Positions 31,694 through 42,425 of a DNA stretch of 64,000 nucleotides are shown here, piece after piece. The notes under the pieces are model-generated. The model was not told the DNA's origin. It did not search any database and saw nothing but the letters and a program-made list of their open reading frames with translations. The DNA is from an uncultured Chloroflexia bacterium (GTDB taxonomy: Bacteria > Chloroflexota > Limnocylindria > Limnocylindrales > CSP1-4). Location of the stretch: positions 640,001 through 704,000 of the forward strand of contig CAVXPZ010000003.1 in NCBI GenBank assembly GCA_963763775.1, given 5' to 3'. How positions within the stretch are numbered: position 1 is the stretch's first letter; the number at the start of each line of letters is the position of its first letter. Both the position numbers and the translations under genes were made by a program.

Positions 31694-33280
31694 ATGCCCA
31701 TCGAACCTCGCTCCATCGCGCGTATCCCGCTCTGGCTGGCGTACTTCGTCATCGGGGCGCTCCTGCTCGTCGTCCACCGGGTCCTGGAGACCGGCAGCCC
31801 GGCCCAGGACTGGTTCTATGACGTCGTCGGCGCGTCGGCGGTCGTGGTGGCCTTCATCGGGATCCACGTCAACCGACCGGAGCGACGGCTCCCGTGGTGG
31901 CTGATGGCCGCCGGTCAGGCCCTCTTCGTGGCCGGCGACATCATGTGGAACTACTACGACGCGATCGGCGAGTCCCCGTTCCCCTCGACGGCGGACCTGC
32001 TCTACCTGGCGGGGTATCCGTTCATGGCCGCGGGCCTGCTCCTGCTGATCCGACGACGCCTCGGCGACGGTGACCGCGGTGGCATCCTCGACGCGGCGAT
32101 CCTCACCACGGCCGTCGCGATCGTGTCGTGGACGTTCTTCATCCAGCCGCTCGTCGTCGGCTCCGACCTCGACCCGCTGTCGCTCGCGATCAGCCTCGCC
32201 TACCCGATCAACGACCTGCTGCTCATCGGGATGGCGATGGGCCTGCTCGCGACGCCGGGCGCTCGCACCCCGTCCTTCCGCCTCCTGGGTCTCGGCCTGC
32301 TCGCACTCCTGGCCGCCGACCAGATCTACGCGGTCCAGAACCTGGACGGCTCGTACGTGTCGGGCGGCCCGCTCGACTCGATCTACCTCATCGCCTACAT
32401 CCTGTTCGGCCTCGCCGCGGCCCATCCGTCGATGGTCCATCTCACCGACCCGCACCCGGTCGCGATCACGTGGCTGGGGCCGGTCCGGATGATCTGCCTC
32501 GCCGCGGCCATGATCACCGGGCCGATCCTCGTCACGATGGGGCCCGGCGCCGACAGTGGTCTCGCGGTCGTGGCGCTCGGCACGGCCGTCCTGTCGCTGC
32601 TCGTCCTCGTCCGGATGTCGGGCATCGTCCGGATGCTCGACCACGACGTGAAGAAGCGACGCGCCCTCGAGGCGCAGCTCAGCTACCAGGCCTTCCACGA
32701 CCCGCTCACCGGCCTGGCCAACCGCCGCCGTTTCGTGGAGCAGGCCGAGGCCGCCCTCGTCGGCCGCCAGCGCACCGGCTCGATCGCCGCCCTGTTCCTC
32801 GACCTCGACGATTTCAAGACGGTCAACGACAGCCTCGGCCACGCCGCGGGCGACGAGCTGCTGGGGACCGTGGCGGCCCGGATCCGCGAGAGCCTGCGCG
32901 CGACCGATCTCGCGGCCCGGCTCGGCGGCGACGAGTTCGGCGTGCTCCTGCTGGACATCACCGACGTCGGATACGCGCAGACCGTCGCCGAGCGGCTCCT
33001 CGCCACGATCCAGGCCCCGCTCACGATCTCTGACGTCGCGGTGGAGGTCGGCGCGAGCATCGGCATCGCGGTGGACACCTCGACGATGACCGGCGTGGAC
33101 GACCTCCTCGGCGACGCGGACGTCGCGATGTACCAGGCCAAGGCGATGGGCAAGGGCCGTCACCACACGTTCACGGCCGACCTGCACGGCTCGAGCGCCC
33201 GGGAGCGCACCTGGTCCGAGGGCCCCCGCTCGGTCCGCCGACCGCTCGGCGCTGCCCGCCTGGAGCCCGGCGCCGGCTAG
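31694..33280 (+). CDS. Membrane-bound diguanylate cyclase
   Basis: About 10 TM N-terminus; HDPLTGLANR, DLDDFK.VND..GH, RATD I-site, GGDEF; no EAL domain. Confidence 0.9.
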   Translation: MPIEPRSIARIPLWLAYFVIGALLLVVHRVLETGSPAQDWFYDVVGASAVVVAFIGIHVNRPERRLPWWLMAAGQALFVAGDIMWNYYDAIGESPFPSTADLLYLAGYPFMAAGLLLLIRRRLGDGDRGGILDAAILTTAVAIVSWTFFIQPLVVGSDLDPLSLAISLAYPINDLLLIGMAMGLLATPGARTPSFRLLGLGLLALLAADQIYAVQNLDGSYVSGGPLDSIYLIAYILFGLAAAHPSMVHLTDPHPVAITWLGPVRMICLAAAMITGPILVTMGPGADSGLAVVALGTAVLSLLVLVRMSGIVRMLDHDVKKRRALEAQLSYQAFHDPLTGLANRRRFVEQAEAALVGRQRTGSIAALFLDLDDFKTVNDSLGHAAGDELLGTVAARIRESLRATDLAARLGGDEFGVLLLDITDVGYAQTVAERLLATIQAPLTISDVAVEVGASIGIAVDTSTMTGVDDLLGDADVAMYQAKAMGKGRHHTFTADLHGSSARERTWSEGPRSVRRPLGAARLEPGAG

Positions 33281-33352
33281 CACCGGCCCGGCGCACTAGA
33301 CTCGATCCAGTCGCGCGGTGGCAACGGGTCGTCGCGCCGGACGCGGTCGCAG

Positions 33353-34144
33353 ATGATGGATATCCCGCTCTTTCCGCTCCACACGGTGCTCTGCCCCGGC
33401 ATCGTCGTGCCGCTCCACGTCTTCGAGGAACGCTATCGCGCCCTCACCCAGCACTGCCTCGACACGGGTCGCCCGTTCGGCGTCGTGCTGATCAAGAGCG
33501 GCCGCGAGGTCGGCGAGCGCGGCGTGCTGTCGCTCGCTGGGGTCGGCGCCTTCGCCGAGATCCGCCAGGCGGGCCGCTATCCGGACGGACGGTTCGACCT
33601 CCTCGCCGCGGGCACGGGCCGGTTCGCGATCGAGTCCGTCGATGCGGCCAGCGAGCCGTATCTCGTCGCGGAGGTCACGCCGCTCGACGACGAGGTGGGC
33701 GACGAGCCACGGGCGGAGCGGCTCGCCGCCTCGGCGATCCGGCGGTTCGTCCGCTACCTCGAGCTCATGCGGGCGCGCGACGGCGAGACCGCAGAGGAAC
33801 TCGACATCCGGGTGGAGCTCGAGACCGCGGGGCCGGACGACACGGCCGAGCCGACCACCGACACCGACACCCCCGAGATCGTGGCCAGCGCCAAGGCCGA
33901 CGACGAGCCGGCCACTGCGGCCGACCTCGCGATCCCGGACGACCCCACCGTGCTGTCCTACCTGTTGTCGGGCATCGTCCAGGTCGAGCTGCCGCGCCGC
34001 CAGGGACTGCTCGAGGCCGAGACCACCGTCGAGCGGCTGGAGGCGCTGATCCGCCTCCTCGACCGCGAGGTGATGCTGCTGACGAACCGGCTGCGGCTGT
34101 TCTCCGCGGACCCGCGCCAGATCGGCGGCGTTCGCCGGAGCTAG
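33353..34144 (+). CDS. Lon N-terminal (LON substrate-binding) domain protein
   Basis: IPLFPL.TVL.PG...PLHVFEERY, FGVVLI..G.EVG, DGR. Confidence 0.88.
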   Translation: MMDIPLFPLHTVLCPGIVVPLHVFEERYRALTQHCLDTGRPFGVVLIKSGREVGERGVLSLAGVGAFAEIRQAGRYPDGRFDLLAAGTGRFAIESVDAASEPYLVAEVTPLDDEVGDEPRAERLAASAIRRFVRYLELMRARDGETAEELDIRVELETAGPDDTAEPTTDTDTPEIVASAKADDEPATAADLAIPDDPTVLSYLLSGIVQVELPRRQGLLEAETTVERLEALIRLLDREVMLLTNRLRLFSADPRQIGGVRRS

Positions 34145-34163
34145 CTCCGCCGCCGCCCGCCGA

Positions 34164-34965
34164 TCATCCGACGCCGACTGCGGCGAGGTCCTCCGCGGAG
34201 GCCCCGAGCGTCCACGGGGCGATGTCGTCCACGAGCGCGAACCCGAGCGACTCGTACAGCGGCCGGCCGAGCGGCGTCGACCAGAACGCGATCGCGTCGA
34301 CGGCCTCGCCCCACGCAGCCGCATCCGCGAGCGCCCGGGTCAGGACGCTGCGCCCGGCTCCTCGCCGCCGGTGCCGGGGCGTGGTCATCATGTCGAAGAC
34401 GCCCAGCGAGTCGTCGACGCGCGTCACGAAGACGCAGCTCACCGGCTCGGGACCATCCCACGCCACCCACCCGCCGACATCGGGCCGGTCGAGCAGCGAC
34501 GGGCCGTACATGCCGGCCGTGAACTCGGGTGCGTAGCCGTGGGCCTCGGCGAAGAGCCGCTGGACCGCGGCATGGTCCGCTTCCCCGCGGACTCGCCGGA
34601 CCTCGAAAGCCGACTCGGCGATGGGCGGGAGTCTTGCGGCGAAGAACATGGCCTCGGGGATCCCCGTGGGCTCCCAGCCGTTCGCACGGAGGACATCGCC
34701 GACGTCCGCCGCCACCGTCGACGAGACGCCGAGCAGGCACGGGACGTCCCGCGCGGCCACGTGGCGGGCGAGGGTGTGGGCGGTCCCGGCGTCGGCGTCT
34801 CCGAAGAGCGCGGTCTGGTTCACGTCCACGTGCGATCCGCCCGAGAGGACCGCGAAGGCGCCATCCCATCGCGCGACGGACGGCGCCGGCCCGCTGGCCA
34901 GCAGGATCGCGGCGTGTCGGCCGTAGCGTCCGCCAGAGGTCGGGGACGCGCGATGGATCGGTCAC
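34164..34965 (-). CDS. GNAT acetyltransferase (frameshift near 34915)
   Basis: MMTTPRHRRRGAG, STPLGRPLYESLGF. Confidence 0.75.
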
Positions 34966-35041
34966 GCGCGCAGGATCTCGGGCGCTGCGGCCGACTCGGT
35001 CGCTCGGTCCGCTGCGCGCGTGACCATCCTGGTTCGGTTGG

Positions 35042-35425
35042 TCAGTCCTCGACGATCCCGAACGCGTTCTTCACGGACGGGCGGTGCAGGTACCACAGCA
35101 GGATCAGCGGGAATGCTGTCGTCGCCAGCGCGTAGTTGAGGCTGCCGGTCCCGAGGAGGGCGAAGACCGCCTCGACCAGGCCGAAGATCGCGAGGATCAT
35201 GCCCAGCATCCAGCCCCACGGCTGGAGGCGCCACGCGGCGAGGCCGCCCACCCAGAACGCCAGGCCCGTGAGGACGATCAGCCAGCCCCAGATCCAGGTG
35301 CCCTGGCCGGCCGGCAGCGGGCCGAACGTCACGGCGGTGGTCATCTGGAAGCCGAGCATCATGTACGAAAGGCCAGCCGCCGCGAAGATGATCGCGAGCA
35401 CGGTGACCCCGAACGGTCGCTTCAT
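35042..35425 (-). CDS. Small 4-TM membrane protein
   Basis: MKRPFGVTVLAI...W.LQPWGW...YL.RPSVK.AF; RBS GAGGGAG. Confidence 0.8.
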   Translation of the reverse strand: MKRPFGVTVLAIIFAAAGLSYMMLGFQMTTAVTFGPLPAGQGTWIWGWLIVLTGLAFWVGGLAAWRLQPWGWMLGMILAIFGLVEAVFALLGTGSLNYALATTAFPLILLWYLHRPSVKNAFGIVED

Positions 35426-35560
35426 GCGTCTCCCTCGAACTCGGTGATGGACGGGAACGGGCCGTCCGACCCGGGATCGGCGATCCCGATGCCGTGAGCG
35501 TCGTCTGCCGCGTGGCCATCGTCATCATGCGACATGGATGACCCGTCGTCGCGTCGCCGG

Positions 35561-36163
35561 CTACTCGCTGAAGCGCTCTTCCTTCCACGGATCGGCGTCG
35601 TTGTTGTAGCCGTAGCGCTCCCAGAAGCCGAGCTGGTCGTGATCGAGGAACTCCAGCCCGCGGACCCACTTGCTGCTCTTCCAGAAGTAGCGCTTCGGGA
35701 CGAAGAGGCGGAGCGGATAGCCGTGCTCCAGTTCGAGCGGCTTCCCGTCGAAGGTGTCGGCGAGGAGCACGTCCTCGTCATCGAGCACGCTCAGGGGCAC
35801 GTTGGCCGTGTAGCCCTGCTCGGCGTGCGACACGACGTGCGTCGCCGACGGGCGGACGCCGACCATCTCGAGGATGGTCTGGATCGCGACCCCTTCCCAG
35901 ACCGTGTCGAGCTTGGTCCAGCGGGTGACGCAGTGGATGTCCGTCTTGACGGTCTTGCGCGGCAGCGCCTTGAACTGCTCCCAGGTCAGGGTCAGCGGCG
36001 AGTCGACCTCGCCGTACACGCGGAAGTCCCATGCGGCGAGGTCCACCTTCGGGATCGAGCCGTAGTGCAGGACCGGGAACTTGTCGGTCTTGTACTGGCC
36101 GGGCGGGATGCGCTCGGCGATGGCCGGGTCCTTGTCGGCGGACCCGAAGAGGCGTTCGAACAT
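35561..36163 (-). CDS. Sulfite oxidase-like molybdopterin oxidoreductase (YuiH/MsrP-like)
   Basis: RIPPGQY, DIHCVTRW (Moco Cys), HGYPLRL, YFWKSSKW, GFWERYGY; alternative start at 36175. Confidence 0.9.
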   Translation of the reverse strand: MFERLFGSADKDPAIAERIPPGQYKTDKFPVLHYGSIPKVDLAAWDFRVYGEVDSPLTLTWEQFKALPRKTVKTDIHCVTRWTKLDTVWEGVAIQTILEMVGVRPSATHVVSHAEQGYTANVPLSVLDDEDVLLADTFDGKPLELEHGYPLRLFVPKRYFWKSSKWVRGLEFLDHDQLGFWERYGYNNDADPWKEERFSE

Positions 36164-36311
36164 GGTGCGGGACATCCTCGAAGATCTAGCTGAGCCCCGA
36201 TATCCTCGCACACCCTCCGTGACCGTTCGATGACCGAAGCGGTGTGGTCCTGAGGGGTATGGGACCATCGGCGGATGACCCGATCCGCGGCCGAGACGCT
36301 ACGCTAGCCCC

Positions 36312-37070
36312 ATGCCGTCCCCACCGCGGGTCGTGATCGTCATGCCCGCGTACAACGCCGCCCGCACCCTCGAGCGAACCTACGCCGACATCCCCCACGA
36401 GATGGTCGACCGGATCATCCTCGTGGACGACGTGTCGCGGGACCAGACGGTCGACATCGCCCGCCAGCTCGGGCTCGACGTCATCATCCACAGCCAGAAC
36501 CGCGGCTATGGCGGCAATCAGAAGACCTGTTACGACGCGGCGATCGCCGCCGGCGCCGACATCGTCGTGATGCTCCACCCCGACTACCAGTACGACGCGA
36601 CGCGGATCCCGGCATTGATCGAGCCGATCGCGTCCGGCCAGCGTGACCTGATGCTCGGCAGCCGGTTCCTCGGCGACCCCCTGGCCGGCGGCATGCCGCG
36701 CTGGAAGTACGTCAGCAACCGGGGCCTGACGGGCCTCGAGAACCGGGCGTTCGGGCTCCACCTCTCCGAGTACCACACGGGTCTGCGGGCCTACAGCCGG
36801 CACCTGCTCGAGACGATCCCGTACCGGCTCAACTCCGACGACTTCGTGTTCGACCAGGAACTCATCGCGCAGGTGGTCGCGGCCGGCATGGCCGCGCGCA
36901 TCGGCGAGGTCGCGGTCCCGACCCGCTACTTCGAGGAGGCGTCCTCGGTCGGATTCAAGCGAAGCGTCGTCTACGGCCTCTCCACGCTGCGCGTCGTCGC
37001 CCGCTACGTGCTCCACCGGCTCCGCGTCCGACGCTCGCCGAAGCTCCTGGCGCGCGACCGCGTGGACTGA
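36312..37070 (+). CDS. GT2 glycosyltransferase (polyprenol-phosphate glycosyltransferase-like)
   Basis: MPAYNA, VDD.S.D, N.GYGGNQK, HPDYQYD, GSRF. Confidence 0.9.
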   Translation: MPSPPRVVIVMPAYNAARTLERTYADIPHEMVDRIILVDDVSRDQTVDIARQLGLDVIIHSQNRGYGGNQKTCYDAAIAAGADIVVMLHPDYQYDATRIPALIEPIASGQRDLMLGSRFLGDPLAGGMPRWKYVSNRGLTGLENRAFGLHLSEYHTGLRAYSRHLLETIPYRLNSDDFVFDQELIAQVVAAGMAARIGEVAVPTRYFEEASSVGFKRSVVYGLSTLRVVARYVLHRLRVRRSPKLLARDRVD

Positions 37071-37085
37071 CCGGGTCCCGCCACC

Positions 37086-38117
37086 GTGAGGATCGGCTCG
37101 CGCGCGCTCCTGCGGAGCGTCCTCGGCATCGGCATCAGCCTCGTCGCGGGCTGGCTCGTCCTCCGCTCGGTGGACCTGGCCGCGGTCGGCGCGGTCCTGG
37201 CCAAGGCGAACCCCGGGTGGATCGTCCTGCTGTTCGCGGCGGTCTTCATCGACGTCGGCATGCGCGCGGCCCGGTGGCGCGTCCTCCTCCGGCCGATCGT
37301 GGTCGTGCCGTACCGGCGAGTCCTCGGTTACACGTACCTCGGCTACCTCGCGAACAACATCCTGCCGGCCCGCCTCGGCGAGCTGGTCCGCGTCCATGCG
37401 CTGGGCGAGGGCGAGGGCGTGAGCCGCACGACGGTCCTCGGCACCGTGGTCGTGGAGCGCGTCGTGGACACCGTGATGGTCGTGGCGATCGCCGCGCTGA
37501 GCGTCGTCGTCCTGAGCGTGCGCGGCGTGATGTCGAGCGCGGTGCTCCTTGGCGGCGCGTTCGTGACCCTCCTCGTGATCCTGCTCGCCATCGGCATCGC
37601 GGCGCATCGGCTGCCGGGCGCCGAGCGCGTCACCGTCTTCGTCGAGCGTTGGCCGCGCGTCATCGAGCTCGCCCGCCGGCTCCGTGACGGGCTCTCGGTG
37701 GCGGCACGGCCGCGGGTGATGGCCGGGGCGGTCGCCTTCAGCGTCTTCGCCTGGGTCGCCTCGATCATCGCGTTCCTCGCGGGCGGGCAGGCGGTCGGGA
37801 TCCAGCTCACCGTGGCCCAGGGGGCACTCATCGCCAGCGGCGTCGCGCTCGCGACGATCGTCCCGGCGGGCCCGGGCTACCTGGGCACGTTCGAGCTGAC
37901 GGCGGTCGGGATCGCGGACGGCTTCGGGATCGGCCGCGACGAGGCGTTCGCGATGGCCCTGCTGGTCCACGTCGCGATCCTGCTGGTGACCACGATCGGC
38001 GGCGTCGTCGAGATCGTCGCCGCGCGACGCCGCGGGCACCCGATGGCCTTCGATGCCGAGCCGGTCCTCGACGGGACCGACGACCCGGCCCCCGATCCCG
38101 CGCCTCGACCCGCCTGA
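37086..38117 (+). CDS. UPF0104 / lysylphosphatidylglycerol-synthase TM (flippase-like) protein
   Basis: RAARW..LL, N.ILPARLGEL.R, VERV.D, PGYLGTFE. Confidence 0.85.
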   Translation: MRIGSRALLRSVLGIGISLVAGWLVLRSVDLAAVGAVLAKANPGWIVLLFAAVFIDVGMRAARWRVLLRPIVVVPYRRVLGYTYLGYLANNILPARLGELVRVHALGEGEGVSRTTVLGTVVVERVVDTVMVVAIAALSVVVLSVRGVMSSAVLLGGAFVTLLVILLAIGIAAHRLPGAERVTVFVERWPRVIELARRLRDGLSVAARPRVMAGAVAFSVFAWVASIIAFLAGGQAVGIQLTVAQGALIASGVALATIVPAGPGYLGTFELTAVGIADGFGIGRDEAFAMALLVHVAILLVTTIGGVVEIVAARRRGHPMAFDAEPVLDGTDDPAPDPAPRPA

Positions 38118-38162
38118 CCGGGGCGATCCGAGCCGGCCGGTCCGGCGACGGACCGGTGGACC

Positions 38163-39226
38163 CTAGGCCGGCAGGCTGCTGGCCAGATCCAGGGACACGA
38201 TGGCGACGAGCGTGGCGACCCCGATGATGACCGCCGCGCCGAGTCCGACCGCGAACGCCTGCGGACCGACCGCGCGCAGGTCCGAGATCCGGATCGACAG
38301 CCCGACGCCGGCCAGGCCGACGAGGATGCACCAGCCGGAGATCGACCCGAGGACCGCCGCGAGGTCCGGGCCGATGATGCCGACGCTGCGCAGGACCGTC
38401 ATCGCCACGAAGCCGATGACGAACAGCGGCACGGCCTTGCGGATGCCGGCGCCGGTGTCGCCGGCGACGCCGCCCGAGCGAGCCCAGGCCCAGGCGATCC
38501 CGACGAGGAGCGGCGCCATGAGCGCGTTGCGGATCAGCTTGACGACCGTGGCCACGTCGAGCGCGTCCGGCGAGAAGGCGGCGCTCGCGGCCACGACCTG
38601 GCTCGTGTCGTTGATCGCGATCCCGGACCAGAGGCCGAAGGCCGGATCGGCGAGCGGGATCGCGTGCCCGATGACCGGGTAGATGAAGACGGCCGCCGTC
38701 CCGAAGATCGTCACGGTGGCGACCGCGAATGCGACGTCACGCGAGCGGGCGGCGATGACGGGTGCGGTCGCCACGACCGCCGAGTTGCCGCACACGGCCG
38801 CGCCGACCGCGAGCAGGACCGCGAGCCGTGGCTCGACGCTGGCCAGCCGCGAGAGCAACAGCACGAGCGACAACGCCGCGGCCATCGTCACGACCACGAC
38901 GATCGTCGCTGGGACGCCGATCCGGGCGATCTGCTCGAAGCTCAGCCTCGCCCCGAGCAGGACGATCCCGAGGCGGAGGACGCGCTGGGCGGTGAACCCG
39001 AGGCCGGGGTGAGCGTCGCAGCGTCCGCCCGCGAGGCGACGACCTGGCCGACCACGATCCCCAGGGCGATCGCGATGGTCACCGGCGGGATGCTCGAGGG
39101 CAGGAACCCGCTGGCCACGCCGGCCACCAGCGCGATCGCCGTCGCGAGCAGCAGGCCGGGGGCGATGGCGATCGCGGTCGCCCGGGCGCGCACGCGCCGG
39201 CCGTCAGCGGCCGACACGAGCGTCAC
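38163..39226 (-). CDS. YeiH-family putative sulfate exporter (frameshift near 39005)
   Basis: PGLLLA, LRLGIVLLG, G.AVCG.SAV.A, I.DTSQVVAA, VKLIR. Confidence 0.85.
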
Positions 39227-39681
39227 GAAGCGAGGGCGGCAGGCACCTGGTCGTACGGCTCGAAACGAAGGCCGGCGCCGCCGGCCGCGTGGCGGACCCG
39301 GAGGAACTCGAGCGTGTAGCGCTCGTACATCTCGCGGATGAGCGTGACCGCCTCCTGGTGGGCCGGTTTCCCGGACGCGGTCCGGGCATCGGCGCGGCTG
39401 TCCCAGAGGCAGAACGACAGGCAGCTGCCGTCCGACGCCGTCGGACCCTTGAAGTAGTGGACGAAGCCCGGTGACGTCGCCGCTTCCTGATGGGCGCGCT
39501 CATCGAACTCGCACAGCCGAGCTTCATCGGCGTCGGCACGACGGGTGGAGCGGAACACGACCATGTACCACTCGCGTCCGGCCGGGAGGTCGCGGGCGGC
39601 ATCGCGCCAATCGAAGGCCTCCGCGACCGGCAGGGACGCGTAGCGATCGTCGATCGGCTCGAGTGCGGCGAAGCCGTCCAT
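39223..39681 (-). CDS. Hypothetical dimeric alpha/beta-barrel protein (UPF0643-like)
   Basis: Y.VVFRS, D..AH.EA..S.GF..YF.G, C.W.S...A......H..A......Y..Y.LE. Confidence 0.6.
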   Translation of the reverse strand: MDGFAALEPIDDRYASLPVAEAFDWRDAARDLPAGREWYMVVFRSTRRADADEARLCEFDERAHQEAATSPGFVHYFKGPTASDGSCLSFCLWDSRADARTASGKPAHQEAVTLIREMYERYTLEFLRVRHAAGGAGLRFEPYDQVPAALAS

Positions 39682-39762
39682 CGAGGGTGGAGCATCGACG
39701 GTCCCGCATCGATTGTCAAATAGCGGGAGGTACCAGTCCTGACATACGAATGTCCGGCCCGG

Positions 39763-40533
39763 TCACACCCGCGGCGCCGCCTGCAACGAGCCGACGATGA
39801 GGGCGGCCGCGTCCGGCAGGAGCCGGCTGACGCGTGTACGCCAGGCGAGCCCGCATCGCATCTCCGGCCCGATGACGGCGATCGCCGCGACGATCCCGTC
39901 TTCCCGGATGATGGGAACCGCGACTGTCACGGTGCCGGGGATCGGGTCGTCCTCGCTGCGGGCGATCCCGGCCGCGGTGATGGCGGCCAGCTCCTTGCGC
40001 AGTTCGCGACGGCGTAGACCGGCCGGTGGGTGGGACTGGCCGAGCACTTCGCCGAGGATGTCGGGCGGGGCGTAGGCGAGGAGGACCTTGGCGATCGCGC
40101 CCTCGTGGAGCGGCGTCGCCAGACCGGGCCCGAGGTTCACCCGCAGGGCGTGCCGGGACGACACCTCGTGGAGACAGACGGCCGACAGGCCGACGCGCCG
40201 GCTGATCACCGCCGTCTCGCCGGTCTCCTCCTCGAGCGACCGGAGGATCGGGTCGGCGAGGCGGATCAGCTCCTCGCTGCTCACATTCGTGCCACGGCCG
40301 ATGACGAGCCGCGGGCCGAGCCGATAGCCGGCGTCGCTGCGCTCGACGAACCCGAAGTCCGCGAGCGTGCGCAGGTAGCGGTAGATCGTCGACATGGGGG
40401 TCTCGAGGAGCGTCCCGAGCTCGTCCGCGCGGATCTCGCCGCGGTCCGCGATCGTGAGCAGGACTCGCAGGCCGCGGGCGAACGAGGTGTCCTCGGCGGC
40501 TTCCTCGGGCGGCCGGTCTCGCGCGGTCGTCAC
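39763..40533 (-). CDS. IclR-family regulator
   Basis: RGLRVL, STIYRYLRTL..GFV, Y.LGP, GET, AIAKVLLAY, VAVPI. Confidence 0.9.
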   Translation of the reverse strand: MTTARDRPPEEAAEDTSFARGLRVLLTIADRGEIRADELGTLLETPMSTIYRYLRTLADFGFVERSDAGYRLGPRLVIGRGTNVSSEELIRLADPILRSLEEETGETAVISRRVGLSAVCLHEVSSRHALRVNLGPGLATPLHEGAIAKVLLAYAPPDILGEVLGQSHPPAGLRRRELRKELAAITAAGIARSEDDPIPGTVTVAVPIIREDGIVAAIAVIGPEMRCGLAWRTRVSRLLPDAAALIVGSLQAAPRV

Positions 40534-40583
40534 GGGACGGCCTGGACCGACGGCCGGCGATGCGGCCGGCGACGGGAAAGGCC

Positions 40584-40611
40584 GAGGCCCGCCCGTCGCC
40601 GGGCGGGCCTC
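40584..40611 (-). terminator. Perfect 12-bp hairpin after the ABC substrate-binding gene
   Basis: GAGGCCCGCCCG-TCGC-CGGGCGGGCCTC. Confidence 0.6.
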
Positions 40612-40636
40612 AGGGGATGCACGTCGGTGCCGGCGG

Positions 40637-41557
40637 TTACTTGAGCAGGCCCTGCTCGGTGAGCCAGGCCTTGGCGACGTCCGCGACGTCCTCGTTGTTG
40701 ACGCCGACCTTGACGCCGAGCTGCGTGAGCACGTCCGTCGTCAGCTTGGCCGACACGGCGTCGAGCAGGCCGGAGAAGGCCGTCTTGTCCACCTTGGACA
40801 GGTAGCTGTTCAGCACGACCGGCGCGATGTTCTCGGCCGGCTGGGTCTGCTTGTCGTCGGCGAGGACGACGAACCCGTTCTGCGCGATCGCCGGCTGGGT
40901 CGAGCAGAGCCACGCGAAGTCGATGGCCTTGCCCTTCAGGGCCTCGGCGATCGGCGCGTCGCAGGCGGCCAGCGCCTGTCGCTGCTTCGGCGGGTAGGTG
41001 ATGCCGTAGGACTCGAGCGCGCCCTTGCAGAGCGGGTTCGCGTCGCAGTCGGGCGGCAGGCCCCACTTGAGCTGGTCCTGCACGGCGGCCAGGTCGCTCA
41101 TCTTCGTGAGCTTGAGGCTGTCGGCGGTGTCCTTGCGGACGACCGCCGCGTTCCCGTCCACGCCGGGCGAGATCGCGAGCACGGTCGCCAGGTTGCTCTT
41201 GCCGTCGTAGACCGCCTGGAGCGCGGCCTTGTTCTTCTCGCCGTCGCCGGTGATCTTGGTCTTGTCGTAGTAGCCGAGGCCCGACCCGACGTACTCGGGC
41301 ACGAGGTCGACCTGGCCGGCCTCGAAGGCGGGCGCGCGGTCCTGCCGGGAGCCCATGCCGAGGTTCCGGGTGACCTTGTAGCCGGCCGCCTCGAGCACGT
41401 CGGCGTACATCTCGGCCACGAGCTTGGACTCGTAGAAGTTGTCGGACCCGATCTTGATGTCCGCCTTCGTACCAGAGCCGCTTCCCCCGCCGGACGAGCA
41501 GGCGGCGAGAACCACCACCACCGTCGCCCCGAGGGCCAGCAAGCGGTTCATCCGCAT
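40637..41557 (-). CDS. Osmoprotectant/betaine ABC substrate-binding lipoprotein (OsmF/OpuBC-like)
   Basis: VLAAC lipobox; IGS.NF.ES, DLVPEYVG, L.DDK...PAEN..P. Confidence 0.9.
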   Translation of the reverse strand: MRMNRLLALGATVVVVLAACSSGGGSGSGTKADIKIGSDNFYESKLVAEMYADVLEAAGYKVTRNLGMGSRQDRAPAFEAGQVDLVPEYVGSGLGYYDKTKITGDGEKNKAALQAVYDGKSNLATVLAISPGVDGNAAVVRKDTADSLKLTKMSDLAAVQDQLKWGLPPDCDANPLCKGALESYGITYPPKQRQALAACDAPIAEALKGKAIDFAWLCSTQPAIAQNGFVVLADDKQTQPAENIAPVVLNSYLSKVDKTAFSGLLDAVSAKLTTDVLTQLGVKVGVNNEDVADVAKAWLTEQGLLK

Positions 41558-41654
41558 CTGGGTAACTCCCTTCCAGGATCCTCCTCCGCCGTCAGGCTGA
41601 CCAGCGGTCCGCGTACCTTACCAGCGGTCTCGCCGAGTGTCCCTTGCGGAACGG

Positions 41655-42425
41655 TCAATTCCTGACAGGTACGCCGAGCATCCCGGGGTCGACCACGGTC
41701 TCGTCCATCTGTTCGGGCGGTCGCATCCCGCCACCGCCGCGCAACGCCTTCGGGGTCACGATCCGCTGGACCACCGCCAGGACCGCGTCCACGAGGAGGG
41801 CGAGCACCGTGACGAGGACCGCACCGGCGAACAGCATGTCGGGTTCGCTCCGGGCGATGCCGTCGATGATGAACCGGCCCAGGCCGCCGTACGAGAGGAT
41901 CGCCCCGATCGTCGCCGTGGCGATGACCTGGAGCGTGGCCGTGCGGAACCCGCCGACGAGGATCGGGGTCGCGATCGGCACCTCGATGCGACGGAGGATC
42001 TGCGACTCGCGCATGCCCATCCCGCGGCCCGCCTCGATGAGGTCGCGGTCGACCTCGCGCAGGCCGGCGTAGGCGCCGACCAGGATCGGCGGGATCGCCA
42101 GCAGGGTCATCGCGAGGAAGATCGGCAGGAAGGTCAGGCCGAGCCCGGGGTCGTAGCCGATCGTCGGCGCCATGGTCAGCGCGAGGGGAAGGACCGCGAC
42201 CATCAGGGCGTACGACGGGACCGCTCGCCCGATGTTCGCGAGGTTGATCGCGAGGTTGGCGTACCTGCCGGTGTGGCCGATGTACAGGCCGACCGGCAGC
42301 CCGATGGCGGTGGCCGCGGCCACGGCGAGCACGCAGATCCAGAGGTGCTCGATCAGGCGGGTGGGGATGCTGGTCGGGCCCGCCCAGTTCGCGGGGTCCG
42401 CGAAGAACCCGATGACGTCGGGCAT
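41655..42425 (-). CDS. Osmoprotectant ABC permease
   Basis: GRAVPS, EAGRGMGM EAA loop, GGLGRFI. Confidence 0.9.
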   Translation of the reverse strand: MPDVIGFFADPANWAGPTSIPTRLIEHLWICVLAVAAATAIGLPVGLYIGHTGRYANLAINLANIGRAVPSYALMVAVLPLALTMAPTIGYDPGLGLTFLPIFLAMTLLAIPPILVGAYAGLREVDRDLIEAGRGMGMRESQILRRIEVPIATPILVGGFRTATLQVIATATIGAILSYGGLGRFIIDGIARSEPDMLFAGAVLVTVLALLVDAVLAVVQRIVTPKALRGGGGMRPPEQMDETVVDPGMLGVPVRN

